Below are positions 26,456-37,810 of a DNA stretch of 60,000 bases, one piece after another. Numbering within the stretch: the stretch's first letter is position 1; each line of letters opens with the position of its first letter. A model generated the notes under the pieces. That model had not been told where the DNA came from and searched no databases. It saw nothing but the letters and a program-made list of their open reading frames with translations. A program made the translations under genes and the position numbers. Source of the stretch: Malacoraja senta (Eukaryota); contig CM075987.1 in NCBI GenBank assembly GCA_038087875.1, forward strand, positions 27,902,001-27,962,000, written 5' to 3'.

Positions 26456-26810
26456 ACCGCAGAGATCTTGCTCAAAGAAGGGGAGAACTTAAAATTCTGG
26501 GCTACAATGTTCCAAGGCAGTTTTAAACTTTAGACTTTTGGACTTGTGACATGACAGAATATAAATAAATCCTTTAGAGAAAAGTGATTACTGTTTGATG
26601 GAACTTTCCCTGCAGTCAGGGAGGCAAATCGGTCAGAATCTTAAACAACAGTAAAACCAGATATGTAGGTTTGAGCTTAACTTGAGAAAAATAGATTGGG
26701 AAAACAGATTAAGGGAAATGCCAGAAATGTCACAATTACTAGGAGATTAGGGTAATGTTAGTTTAATAAAGGAGATGATAACTGTGTCATGCCATGAATG
26801 TATATATGTA

Positions 26811-28422
26811 CAGTGGCTTGCAAAAGTTTTCATACCCCTTGAACTTTTCCACATTTTGTCACGTTACAACCACAAACGTAAATGTATTTTATTGGGATTT
26901 TATGTGATAGACCAACACAAAGTGGTGCATAATTGTGAAGTGGAAGGAAAATAATACATGGTTTTCAAATTTTTTTACAAATAAAAAACTGAAAAGTGTC
27001 GCGTGCAAAAGTATTCAGCCCCCCCCTGAGTCAATACTTTGTAGAACCACCTTTCGCTGCAATTACAGCTGCAAGTCTTTTGGGGTATGTCTCTACCAGC
27101 TTTGCACATCTAGAGACTGAAATTTTTGCCCTTTCTTCTTTGCAAAATAGCTCAAGCTCAGTCAGATTGGATGGAGAGCGTCTGTGAACAGCAATTTTCA
27201 AGTCTTGCCAGAGATTCTCAATTGGATTTAGGTCTGGACTTTGACTGGGCCATTCTAACACATGAATATGCTTTGATCTAAACCATTCCATTGTAGCTCT
27301 GGCTGTATGTTTAGGATCGTTGTCCTGCTGGAAGGTGAACCTCCGCCCCAGTCTCAAGTCTTTTGCAGACTCTAACAGGTTTTCTTCCAAGATTGCCCTG
27401 TATTTGGCTCCATCCATCTTCCCATCAACTCTGACCAGCTTCCCTGTCCCTGCTGAAGAAAAGCATCCCCACAGCATGATGCTGCCACCACCATGTTTCA
27501 CAGTGGGGATGGTGTGTTCAGGGTGATGTGCAGTGTTAGGTTTCCGCCACACATAGCGTTTTGCATTTAGGCCAAAAATTTTGGTCTCATCTGACCAGAG
27601 CACCTTCCTCCACATGTTTGCTGTGTCCCCCACATGGCTTGTGGCAAACTGCAAACGGGACTTCTTATGGCTTTTTTTCAACAATGGCTTTCTTCTTGCC
27701 ACTCTTCCATAAAGGCCCGATTTGTGGAGTGCACGACTAATAGTTGTCCTGTGGACAGATTCTCCCACCTGAGCTGTGGATCTCTGCAGCTCCTCCAGAG
27801 TTACCATGTGCCTCTTGGCTGCTTCTCTGATCAATGCTCTCCTTGACCGGCCTGTCAGTTTAGGTGGATGGCCATGTCTTGGTAGGTTTGCAGTTGTGCC
27901 ATACTCTTTCCATTTTCGGATGATGGATTGAACAGGCTCCGTGAGATGTTCAAAGCTTGGGATATTTGTTTATAACCTAACCCTGCTTTAAACTTCTCCA
28001 CAACTTTATCCCTGACCTGTCTGGTGTGTTCCTTGGGCTTCATGCTGCTGTTTGTTCACTAATGTTCTCTAACAAACCTCTGAGGCCTTCACAGAACAGC
28101 TGTATTTATACTGAGATTAGATTACACACAAGTGGACTCTATTTACTAATTAGGTGACTTCTGAAGGCAATTGGTTGCACTGGATTTTATTTAGGGGTAT
28201 CAGAGTAAAGGGGGCTGAATACTTTTGCACGCGACACTTTTCAGTTTTTTATTTGTAAAAAAATTTGAAAACCATGTATCATTTTCCTTCCACTTCACAA
28301 TTATGCGCCACTTTGTGTTGGTCTATCACATAAAATCCCAATAAAATACATTTACGTTTGTGGTTGTAACGTGACAAAATGTGGAAAAGTTCAAGGGATA
28401 TGAATACTTTTGCAAGCCACTG
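26811..28422 (-). mobile_element. Tc1-family DNA transposon, full length (1612 bp)
   Basis: TA|CAGTGGCTTGCAAAAGT...ACTTTTGCAAGCCACTG|TA. Inverted repeats of about 210 bp with an inner repeat of the TGCAAAAGTATTCA motif (IR/DR type). Confidence 0.97.
27031..28043 (-). pseudogene. Tc1 DD34E transposase, frameshifted
   Basis: MKPKEHTRQVRDKVVEKF..., WSDETK, FQQDNDPKH, SPDLNPIE (34 residues between D and E). There is a 1-bp frameshift near 27935 and an apparent 2-residue loss after WSDETKI. Confidence 0.93.
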
Positions 28423-28875
28423 TATAAGACACAAGATATATGTACAGGGGTTATGGGGAGAAGGCAGGAAAATGGGGTTAGGAGGGAGAGATAGATCAGC
28501 CATGATTGAATGGCGGGGTGGACTTGATGGGCTAAATAGCCTAATTCTACTATTCCTTATGACCTTAGTAATGTTTAACTGAAACAAATGATAAATTTGG
28601 AGAAGATTGGTTATGAGAGCAAATTAGCAAGAAACGTATCAGCAAAGATTGTAAAAGCTTCCACAGGTTTGGAAAAACGAGGAGAGTAGCAACATTAACT
28701 GTGACTTCCTTGAAAACAAAGGCAGCTGGAAGTAATATTAGGGAATAAAGAAATGTCAAGAGAAATTAAATACATATTTTGCATCAGTCCTTCCAGCAGA
28801 GGGTGGTATGGAGTTAGCTTTACTGCCATATATCACCATCTATATCTCTTGTTTCCCTTTCCCCTGACTCTTAGT

Positions 28876-28903
28876 CTGAAGAAGGGTCTCGACCCGAAAC
28901 GTC
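28876..28903 (+). ncRNA. Minimal type I hammerhead-ribozyme-like motif in a Penelope terminus (best-preserved copy)
   Basis: CTGAAGA-A-GGGT(CTCG)ACCC-GAAA-CG-TC: core CUGANGA, stem II, GAAA, palindromic ACGU in place of stem III, GUC site. Stem I is only about 2 bp. Confidence 0.55.
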
Positions 28904-29019
28904 ACCTATTCCTTTTCACCAGAGATGCTGTCAGACAATTTGAGTTACTCCAGCTTTTTGTTTCTTTCTTCGATTTCAACCAGCATCTCGATTTTTGTGT
29001 GTCTTTCTTCGATTTAAAC

Positions 29020-29395
29020 CAGTCGCTGCCTCAAAAAAGCTGGCAGTATCATCAAAGACCCACACCATCCTGGCCACACACTCATCTCCCTGCTACCTTC
29101 AGGTAGAAGGTACAGGAGCCTGAAGACTGCAACAACCAGGTTCAGGAATAGCTACTTCCCCACAGCCATCAGGCTATTAAACCTGGCTCGGACAAAACTC
29201 TGATTATTAATAACCCATTATCTGTTATCTGCACTTTATCAGTTTATTTATTAATGTGTGTATATATTTATATTATGGTATATGGACACACTGATCTGTT
29301 TTGTAGTAAATGCCTACTATGTTCTGTGTGCTGAAGCAAAGCAAGAATTTCATTGTCCTATCAGGGACACATGACAATAAACTCACTTGACTTGG
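29020..29395 (+). mobile_element. Rex1/Babar-type LINE 3' end
   Basis: Encodes RCLKKAGSIIKDPHHPGHTLISLLPSGRRYRSLKTATTRFRNSYFPTAIRLLN. Confidence 0.75.
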
Positions 29396-29799
29396 CATCT
29401 GGAGTTCCTTCCTACATATAGCTTCACTGCCACTTGTTCCTGAGTGATGGTGTCAGTGTGGAGCAAGCACATTCTCCCTGTGACTACATGGTTTCCTTTG
29501 TGTGCTCCTGTTTCCACCCACATTGCACAGATGTGCTGGCAGGTTAATTGGTTACTATAACTTATCCCTCGTGGTTCGTTGGGTGGTAAGCAACTCAGGA
29601 GAGAATTAGTGGGGATGTATGAGAGAAGATGTTACAGGGCAATGAGGGGGGAATGGAATAGATGGGTCACAGTGTAATCTTGTAGCACTCTTGGACAGAG
29701 TGTGGAGGGACAGATTAGTGTGCAGTCCAAGTAGAAGAAAAGACCAAACTCCTTCATGCAGAGAAGGTGACAAGAACAGTGGTGTTGATGGAAATGGAT

Positions 29800-30170
29800 C
29801 TCAGTTCAGTTTCAGTTTAGTTTATTGTCACGTGTACCGAGGTTCAGTGAAAAGCTTTTGTTGCGTGCTAACCAGTCAGCGGAAAAACAATACATGATTA
29901 CAATCGAGCCATTTACAGTTTATAGATACATGATAAGGGAATAACATTTAGTGCAAGGTACAATCCGATCAAACATAATCCGAGGGTCACCAATGAGGTA
30001 GATAGTAGTTCAGAACTAACTGTAGTTGTGGTAGGATGGTTCAGTTGCCTGATAACAGCTGGGCAAAAACTGTCCTTGAATCTGGAGGTGTGCGTTTTCA
30101 CACTTCTATACCTTTTGCCCGATGGGAGTGGGGAGAAGAGGGAGTGGCCAGGGTGTGACTCATCCTTGAT
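29800..30170 (-). mobile_element. Rex1/Babar-type LINE 3' end
   Basis: Encodes IKDESHPGHSLFSPLPSGKRYRSVKTHTSRFKDSFCPAVIRQLN, with a (AAACT)n tail. Confidence 0.75.
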
Positions 30171-30381
30171 TAATGGCACCAAAAATGAGTTAAAAGACAT
30201 TAAATGTGTACATTGTGCCGTTTATAAATCCCATTCACGTCCCTCATCCTGCAGAACCCATCCTTACATTTGCAATTAGCGAGATTACCCTGAAACACAG
30301 GCTATTGTGCCATTATTTGTTCATTTCTAGTTCTTTTGATTCCTTCCTCTTAAATCTGATTGATTCCTTCTTTAATTCCAG

Positions 30382-30541
30382 ATTCCCTTCGCAAACCTAC
30401 CAGACGGGAAGAATAAGACACTGGGAGAGAGGTTTTGGGTTACCCTTGCACCATCCCTGTTTGCAGTTGAAGTTGTGGCTAATTTGACTGAAGATTTTAA
30501 GCATAAAATAGAAATGAGATTACCATTGGATGTGAAATCAG
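30382..30541 (+). CDS. TPR-CHAT gene exon 9 (CHAT domain; frame not in ORF track)
   Basis: TTCCAG|ATT...TCAG|GTAATT. IPFANLPDGKNKTLGERFWVTLAPSL matches the CHAT 'IPFxxL...LxERFxIxxAPS' motif. Phase 0-1. Confidence 0.9.
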
Positions 30542-31814
30542 GTAATTCATCTCTTTGTGCACCAATTCCAATACCTTCAATTGCCCCTCATCGATGTGTC
30601 ACTTTTAAGTAAAGTAAAGTATCCTTTATTGTCATTCAGACATTTCAGTCTGAACTAAATTGTATACCCTATTTTAACTATTGGACTTGAATCCTAAACC
30701 ATGTCACTCCCAAATAACACTGATTATTCCTGCAGGGAAACAAATCTCTTTCAGTTGTACATTACATAATATTTCCAAAATAAATGAGTTATTAATCATA
30801 GCCAAATGGGAGAAGGGCATTATTGGGGGGGTCTAAAATGGTCTCTTCTGCGATGACCACTTTCCTGGGACAGGTTGTGCTGCACAATTCATTCATCAGA
30901 GCTAGAAAGTGTTCAGCTGCTGCCTATTGATACCCTGGTGTTGCAGATGGTAATGCTGATCAGTGTGCAACGGCTAATGCTGATATCAGCCGAGAGCTTT
31001 AGTGGACAAGGCCACTTGCTCCGTCAAATCTGCACTGTTTCTTTCAAAGAGAGTTTCACTTTCCCTCCAGAGGCCCTTTGACATTTCCTTCATCTATTAT
31101 TTCTCCAATTTCCATTTGAGAGCTGGTATTGAATCTGCATCGACCATCCTATCAGTCATTGAATTTAAATTCCATTTGGAATATTTTGGAGGACCAAGAA
31201 CCAAGAAGAATTCCAAATTCTAACTTTCACAATAAATAATTCCTCATATTCTGGTTTCATTCCTTTTACCTTTAAACCTGCGCCCTATTGTTATTGACAC
31301 TTTGATCATTGGAAAGTATCACTCTTTATTCACTTTTCCAAATATCTCTTAACTTTAAATGCTCTTTCTTATTGTGCTCTATTGGGAACATGCAGGATAA
31401 CTGCAGACTATCTACTTAACAATCTTAGGTCCCTTTCTAATCTTTCCCCACTCACGTCAAATCTATGTCCTCTAGTTTTAGACGTCCCTGCCCAGGATAA
31501 CTATGTAACTATACTCCTAGGTCTCTGCACTGTGAATGGCTCGATTGTAATCATGTATTGTCTTTCCACTGGCTGGATTGCACGCAACAAAACTTTTCAC
31601 TGTACCTCGGTACATGTGACAATAAACTGAACCGTTCTACAACACTCTCCAGGGCCTTGCAGTTTTGGACTCGTGTGTGTTTTGACTCATACCCTCCATT
31701 CTTTAGGCTAGATGCCTATCTGCTTTAAAGCACAGTAATCATTGTCACATAATCTGAATCTGGATCCTTTGTGTACTTGCAGTTCCCCTGGATTCCTCCT
31801 TGTCTGTGTTTCAG

Positions 31815-31981
31815 GGCCTGTTCCAACAATGACTATGTTGCAACATATGGGTGGTTCTCAGCAGGAACTTCGTGGTTTGCAGAAGGTTGGACTCATGGAC
31901 TCCGTGAGTCACCTGGTTCACTGTACGTCCACCAACACACTTGTTGCCAGCTCGCCATACGTCATTCTTCCATTCAAGCAG
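31815..31981 (+). CDS. TPR-CHAT gene exon 10 (insert within CHAT domain, GC donor)
   Basis: TGTGTTTCAG|GG CCT...AAG CAG|GCAAGT. Phase 1-0, exactly what is needed to join exon 9 (phase 1) to exon 11 (phase 0). Confidence 0.72.
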
Positions 31982-32361
31982 GCAAGTATCAGGACAGATG
32001 CTGTGTTGTTGGCTTCAGGCTGCTTCTGGCCATTAACCCTGTCAAGTATTGTTCATTGCTGAATTAAAGGTACTTTTAATTTGACAACATTGCATCTGGA
32101 CATTTTGTTAGAAGATAATAGCATTCTGTATTTATTATACTTAGAATATAAAACATTAGAAAATCCCCTTACCTCCCAGCAAATAGTGGTAAATAAGAGT
32201 TATAGAAAGAATGGTGAGCTGTACGAAACTAACATTAGTGGAGAAATGAATGGGTTTGAAAGCCAATTATTCCCCAAGAGCTGCATGACAACACAGGTTA
32301 TTAAAGAGGTGGCAATCCAAAAGTGGCAGTTGTTACATATCTGAAAGGAAAACAAACTGAT

Positions 32362-32640
32362 GAGCAGAAAGAAATTCCTCCTCATCTCCTTTCTAAAGGC
32401 ATGTCCTTTTATTTTGAGGCTATGGCCCCTGGTCCTAGACTCTCCCACTAGTGGAAACATCCTCTCCACATGCACTCTATCCAGGCCTTTCACTATTCGG
32501 TAAGTTTCAATGAGGTCCCCCCTCATTCTGCTAATCTCCAGTGAGTCTCTCGAGGCCGAGTGCCGTCAAACGCTCATTATAAGTTAACCCAATCATCGCT
32601 GGGATCATTCTCATAAACCTCCTCTGGACCCTCTCCACAA
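32362..32640 (-). mobile_element. CR1-type LINE fragment
   Basis: MRGDLIETYRIVKGLDRV...RTRGHSLKIKG. Confidence 0.85.
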
Positions 32641-33048
32641 GTAAAATTTGGTGGATACTGGAATTATGAATTTAAAAATAAAATGATACAGAAATATTGA
32701 GGTCAAGCGTGATCATGATCGTGTGGAGGTGAAGCATAGTTATAATTTCAGATCGATGACCTATTATCTAAAATGTTATTACAAAATATTATTGATCTGA
32801 AACATAGCTCAACTTCTGTCTTCAATGATGCTACTTGACAGGCAGCGTGTTTCTCTAGCATCTTCGGTTTATGTTCTTAATCTCTTTTATTCTGCTTTAG
32901 TGGAAGCTGAACAGACACATCTAATTTCAATCAAAGTCCATGATATAGGGTTTAATAATTCATATTCAAACCACTGATTGAAAATCCACAAGCTCTGTGG
33001 GTGGCACACTGATGATAATGTTTAACTGAAAGCTCTTTCTGTATTCAG

Positions 33049-33268
33049 GTGTTTGGCAAATCTCGGTCACTGGTTGTGGGAAGTCCACATTTCCCTTCCG
33101 CTTTGTCCTTGTGGGGAAGAGTTTGGAAGCCCTGGGGCCCATTAATTGGAGCTCAGAAGGAAGTTATCAAAGTGGCGGAGTACCTGCAAACAGAGGCCAT
33201 CATGGGTGAACAAGCAACCAAGAAGCGTGTTCTGAGCGAACTTCCACAACTCACTGTGGTACATATTG
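33049..33268 (+). CDS. TPR-CHAT gene exon 11 (CHAT domain)
   Basis: ATTCAG|GTG...ATTG|GTAAGC. SLVVGSP...PLIGAQKEVIKVAEYL...GEQATKKRVLSEL...VVHI. Phase 0-1. Confidence 0.92.
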
Positions 33269-34949
33269 GTAAGCTGGGCTTTCTCTGCAGCTCACTGCTG
33301 AGCTACACCACAATCCGGCCCCAAAACGGTCTGTTTATATCGGGCTGACAATCAGCTGGTGATTTGGTGAATTTGGCTCTTTTGCTAACCCATTCAGCCA
33401 GGACATAGAAACAAGGAACTGCACACGCTGGTTTACCAAGGAAAGACACAAAGGCTGGAGTAACCCAGCAAGCCAGGCACCATCCTTGGAGAACATGGAT
33501 AGGTGACGTTTCGGGTCGGGACCCTTTTTCTGACTCCTGAACTTAAGAGAACCCTTCTTCAGACTTCAAAGTCTGAAGAAGAGTCCCGATCTGAAACATC
33601 ACCTATCCATGTTCTCTACAGAAGGTTCCTGACTCACTGAGTGACTTCAACATTTTGTGTCTTCAGTCAGGACTGAATTACTATTTTATGCTTTTACAGG
33701 GTTTTGGGGAGTATTGAAAAACAGAAGGATTTCTGAATACAAGTCCTTGAAGGTGACAACAGAGGTAGATAACATAATTAAGAAGTCATTTGGGATACTG
33801 GTCTTCATTATTAGGGCATTGAAAGTAAGGAGGTTATTCTAAAACTTTATAAAACCTTGGTGAGATCTCAGCTGGAGTACTACATGCTGGTTTAGTTACC
33901 ATGATATTGGAAGGATGTGATAGCTCTGGAGATGATGCAGAGGAGATTCAACAGGAGCATTGTGTAGGAAGGAACTGCAGATGCTGTTTGCAGATAGACA
34001 CAAAGTGCTGGAGTAACTTTGCGGGACAGGTAGCATCTCTGGAGAGAAGGAATGGATGACGTTTCGGGTCAAGACCCTTCTTCAGACTGAACGGGGGCAG
34101 TTAAGTTATGGGGAAATATTGGAGCTGCTAAGTCTGTTCTCTCTGGATCGGAGGAGGCTTGGAGGGAACATGATCGAGATATCTAAAATCTTTGGGGTAC
34201 AGAGAGGTAGATTGCAGGAAATGTTTCCCCTTATCAAAGGTAAATAAATGTTCAGGACATAGGGTAAGGGGAAAGAGACTTGTCAGGGATATCTCAGAGA
34301 GTGGTAATTACCAGGAATGCACAGAGTGGTTGAGCTGGGTCGCTAACAGCATTTAAGAAGTGGTTCGATGAGCACTTGAATCAGATAGGCAGAGAGGGAT
34401 ATGTGGACAAGTTGAGCCAAATGGCCTGTTCCTATATTGTACCATTTTATGATTCTATAAACTCTGCAAACCTGTCTACCCAAATTAATCTTTCATTGCC
34501 TTACTCAGCAAGAATCTTATACTTATGCTATGTGAACTTTTATGTAGTTGTGTGTCTTGTTGCTTTTTTTTAGTGTGGCTGTATGGTAATTTGCATGTCA
34601 CTGTACCTTAATTGGGACACGTGGCAATGAAAGATCTTTGAAACCTTTGAAACAATGAAAGGAATAATGTTGTTTTGGTTCACTGGGTATTTGATAGATG
34701 ATTTAAGAACTTCCTGAGGTAGCCATTGAAGTGTCTCTTTATCTAGTTTAATGTACTTGCTCCACAATGCAGTAACTATTTTGAGAGGGGATAGAGCAAG
34801 CCTTTGATACACAGCCTTGCTGTGTATCAAACCTCTACAATACCTATGAGTGCACGTTGGGACACAGTTGCCTTTCATCAATATACTGTAAATGACATTT
34901 CAACAGTGAAAATGCAGCCTTCCACCAATGTTCTTTTCTTGCTTTACAG

Positions 34950-35171
34950 CAACGTATGGTAGCTGGGAAGAAGGTGTTTTGCTCTTTACTCCACATCCCC
35001 CTCCAGCTGCCGGTGAACTGGTGGATGAGCGATCCTACTTACTGACCATTCCTGAGATCCTGGAGTTGAAACTGAAGGCCAAGGTTGTGGTGCTGTCCAG
35101 CTGTGGAGATGGAGGTACAATCCAGGATTCTGTGCCACCTTTGATACTGCCCAGTGCCTTCCTCAGAGCAG
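34950..35171 (+). CDS. TPR-CHAT gene exon 12 (CHAT catalytic region)
   Basis: TTTACAG|CA ACG TAT GGT...GCAG|GTAAGT. ATYGSW...LLTIPEILELKLKAKVVVLSSCG...AFLRAG. Phase 1-1. Confidence 0.92.
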
Positions 35172-35904
35172 GTAAGTGTATGTTACTTTGTGGACACTTG
35201 GAAGTTTAAAAGTAAACTTGAGCTCTATGTGGACTTGTTAAATGGCTGTGTATGATGTGGTTAAATATACACACCCCGTGGGGCAGAGAGCAGAAGGCAA
35301 GTCTATGCCAGGGATTTGTGGCATGTTATATTATTACTCAATCACCTGCAGCAATACACGGTGGGAGTGAAGACCAAATTAGACAATAGGTACAGGAGTA
35401 GGCCATTCGGCCCTTCGAATTGTGGAACCTTAGTCTGAAAAGGTTATAGGGCTATTATTAACACACCAGGCATTCCATGTCATTGTAGTCCTGCATTCTT
35501 GAAATTCTGTGTTTATTACAATGGTTTATTAAAATGTTGATAGTAACCAAATTCCACACATAAATGCTTATTTATCAGATGGTGGCAGAATATGAAAGTT
35601 TAAAGTTTTAAATTAAGGAGACGATATCAAAGGAGAATATTGGTTTGGGGAAAGTAGTAACTATAAAGTAAATATAAATGAGGTGAAGCAAATGTACAGT
35701 ACAGTCTTGAGGAAAGGACAAAGCAGACGTCAGGGGAGGAGCAGCATCTCCACCTGATGTTTGGAGGACTGAAAGTTCATTGTGATAAATACTTTGTGGT
35801 AGAGACAATCTCAACCTCTAACCTGCAAAATTGTGCACAAATTGCCGATTGCACATCAGCCTCTAGTGCAATGGCCCAAATTGTCCAGCCTGTGCCCAGT
35901 TTCC

Positions 35905-36250
35905 AGGTGTCTGACCGCCCCGACGCGGGAACTCTGACCGCCCTGATCGCCCCGACGCGGGACCTTCGATCGCCCCGACGTGGGAACTCTGACCGCCCCG
36001 ACGTGGGAGCTCCGATCGCCCCAACGGACTCTTACCGCCCCGTCCGTGGGAGAATAAAGAGGAAGAAGATTGGACTTTATGGCCTTCCATCACAGTGAGG
36101 AATGTGGGGAATCCGCTGTGGTGGATGTTTATGTTAACTTTTATGTAGTTGTGTGTCTTGTTGCTTTTTTTTAGTATGGCTGTATGGTAATTTGCATATC
36201 ACTGTACATTAATTGGTACATGTGATAATAAAAGACCTCTAAAACTTTTA
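35905..36250 (+). repeat. Interspersed repeat with internal short tandem units (CCGCCCCGACGCGGGA...) and a LINE-like tail
   Basis: Tandem units at 35915-36045. The tail TTATGTAGTTGTGTGTCTTGTTGCTTTTTTTTAGT...CACTGTAC is shared with 34535-34650. Confidence 0.6.
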
Positions 36251-36859
36251 AGACACTACTGATCACCACTAATCAGCTGACTGCTATGGCACTCTTGATG
36301 CTCACAACATGTTCTTCTTTGTTATCACCGGGCCATGTCCATCCTTGACATTGACAAACATGATGTGCTTTACACATGACATTTCTGAAAGTGAAGTATA
36401 GTCTGGGTGTTTATCCCAAACAGAGCCACCCACCAAATAATGTTACCAGTAGAGGAATCCCACTACTAATGATGTTCCCAAAGTGGAAATCCTTACTCTA
36501 AATGCACTGCTAAAGTGGCAATCATTGAGAGATAGGCTTCTAATTTTGTCAAGCAATGTTTTACTATATTATTGTCTAAAACCAGTGTGATCTTCAGTAT
36601 TGTCACTCTGTTCATTACAATTATCAGACATTATAGATGCCTGTATAACACACAGTTATCCTGCTTGCCTTGTGACACACAATCTGGTCCATGCAGTTCT
36701 CTCTGTGGCACTCCTCCTGTACTGCTTCTGGATATCCATTTGTATTGGCATCAGATGAGGTACAATGTGATGTGTAGTTTTCAGTGATGCCTTGTGGTGA
36801 CTGCTGTTAGTTTGGATTCACTTGGTCATTTCCACCGATTATTCTCACAGGCAAACATG

Positions 36860-37372
36860 TCATCCACAGCAGCAGCCAGCACACCAGGCACAGCAGGGAC
36901 TTGCGGAGAAACGTGGTTCCAGTGGGGTATCTTGACACAGAGCTGCCGGCTGCTCAGTGACTGGCTGTGAGGCACGGTGCCCCTTGGCTTTGCATTGTAA
37001 ATCCACGCTGGCTCTCAGTGTTGCTTTCACAGCCTCTGTTTCAGTTTTAAGAGACAAAAAGATGCCCAAGTCCAGTTCAAGCATGAAGACACCACCACGA
37101 GGGCATGGGGTATTCTGCCGGCACTGGGGACAAGGGATCCATTTCTGCCCATTTAGCATGGTATCTAGCCTCTGCAGACAGGCCTGGCAGAAGGTGTGCC
37201 CACAGTAAAGCTTCCGAGGCAGCCTGTCGGTAAGGTTGTAGATGGAGTAGCAGATGATGCATTCAATGTTCTTGTGTTGAGCTGGAAGGGTACAGCCTGA
37301 TAAATCCCTGTCCGTGGTGTGATTTGAAACTTTGTGCTGGGTAGCTTCAGTGAGATCTTTTCTGCAGAACAT
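36860..37372 (-). CDS. RNF224: RING finger protein 224 (single coding exon, about 170 aa)
   Basis: C3HC4 RING CIICYSIYNLTDRLPRKLYCGHTFCQACLQRLD...WIPCPQCRQNTPCPRGGVFMLELDL and a Cys-rich tail, matching RNF224 as I recall it. ATG at 37372 directly follows an acceptor (TTTCTCATCTCTCTTCAG). RNF224 is a GRIN1 neighbour in human 9q34.3. Confidence 0.88.
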   Translation of the reverse strand: MFCRKDLTEATQHKVSNHTTDRDLSGCTLPAQHKNIECIICYSIYNLTDRLPRKLYCGHTFCQACLQRLDTMLNGQKWIPCPQCRQNTPCPRGGVFMLELDLGIFLSLKTETEAVKATLRASVDLQCKAKGHRASQPVTEQPAALCQDTPLEPRFSASPCCAWCAGCCCG

Positions 37373-37810
37373 CTGAAGAGAGATGAGAAACACACTGAGT
37401 CTGAGGCACAAACCAATGGTTCAATGGTACTTTATTGTCACATGTACCAAGGTACAGACAGTTCAGTACAAGTATCACTATGCATAAGCACTTCAGATAC
37501 ATCTTAGATAAACATCTCAGATAAAGTACAAGTGTGTAGTAGCAGTACACAGAGTCGCCAGATCTGGCGCCACATTCACATAACCTCTTTCCTGATTCAG
37601 TCAAGTCGTTTATTTTGTGACATCTGTTGTAGTGTAGGGAAATGGAGAAGCTAATTATGCCTCGTGACAAACTCTCACAGGAATAATTTTCAGGTTATTT
37701 GTTTTTGGTGATGTGCACTAAGGGATAAATATTGATAGGGATTACAAGTCTCTGCTCATGTTCAAAGGCTACCAGGAGGAATTGTAAACACCAGTTGATG
37801 AAAATAGAGA

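Noticed and set aside
13154..35171. Assigning the symbol TTC28
   Set aside because: Length, TPR number, catalytic-site pattern and neighbourhood differ from TTC28 as I know it. Orthology cannot be shown without a tree.
37306..37325. RE1/NRSE-like CTGTCCGTGGTG
   Set aside because: It lacks the following CTGAA half in register and lies within RNF224 coding sequence. No intact RE1 was seen near GRIN1 exon 1 either.
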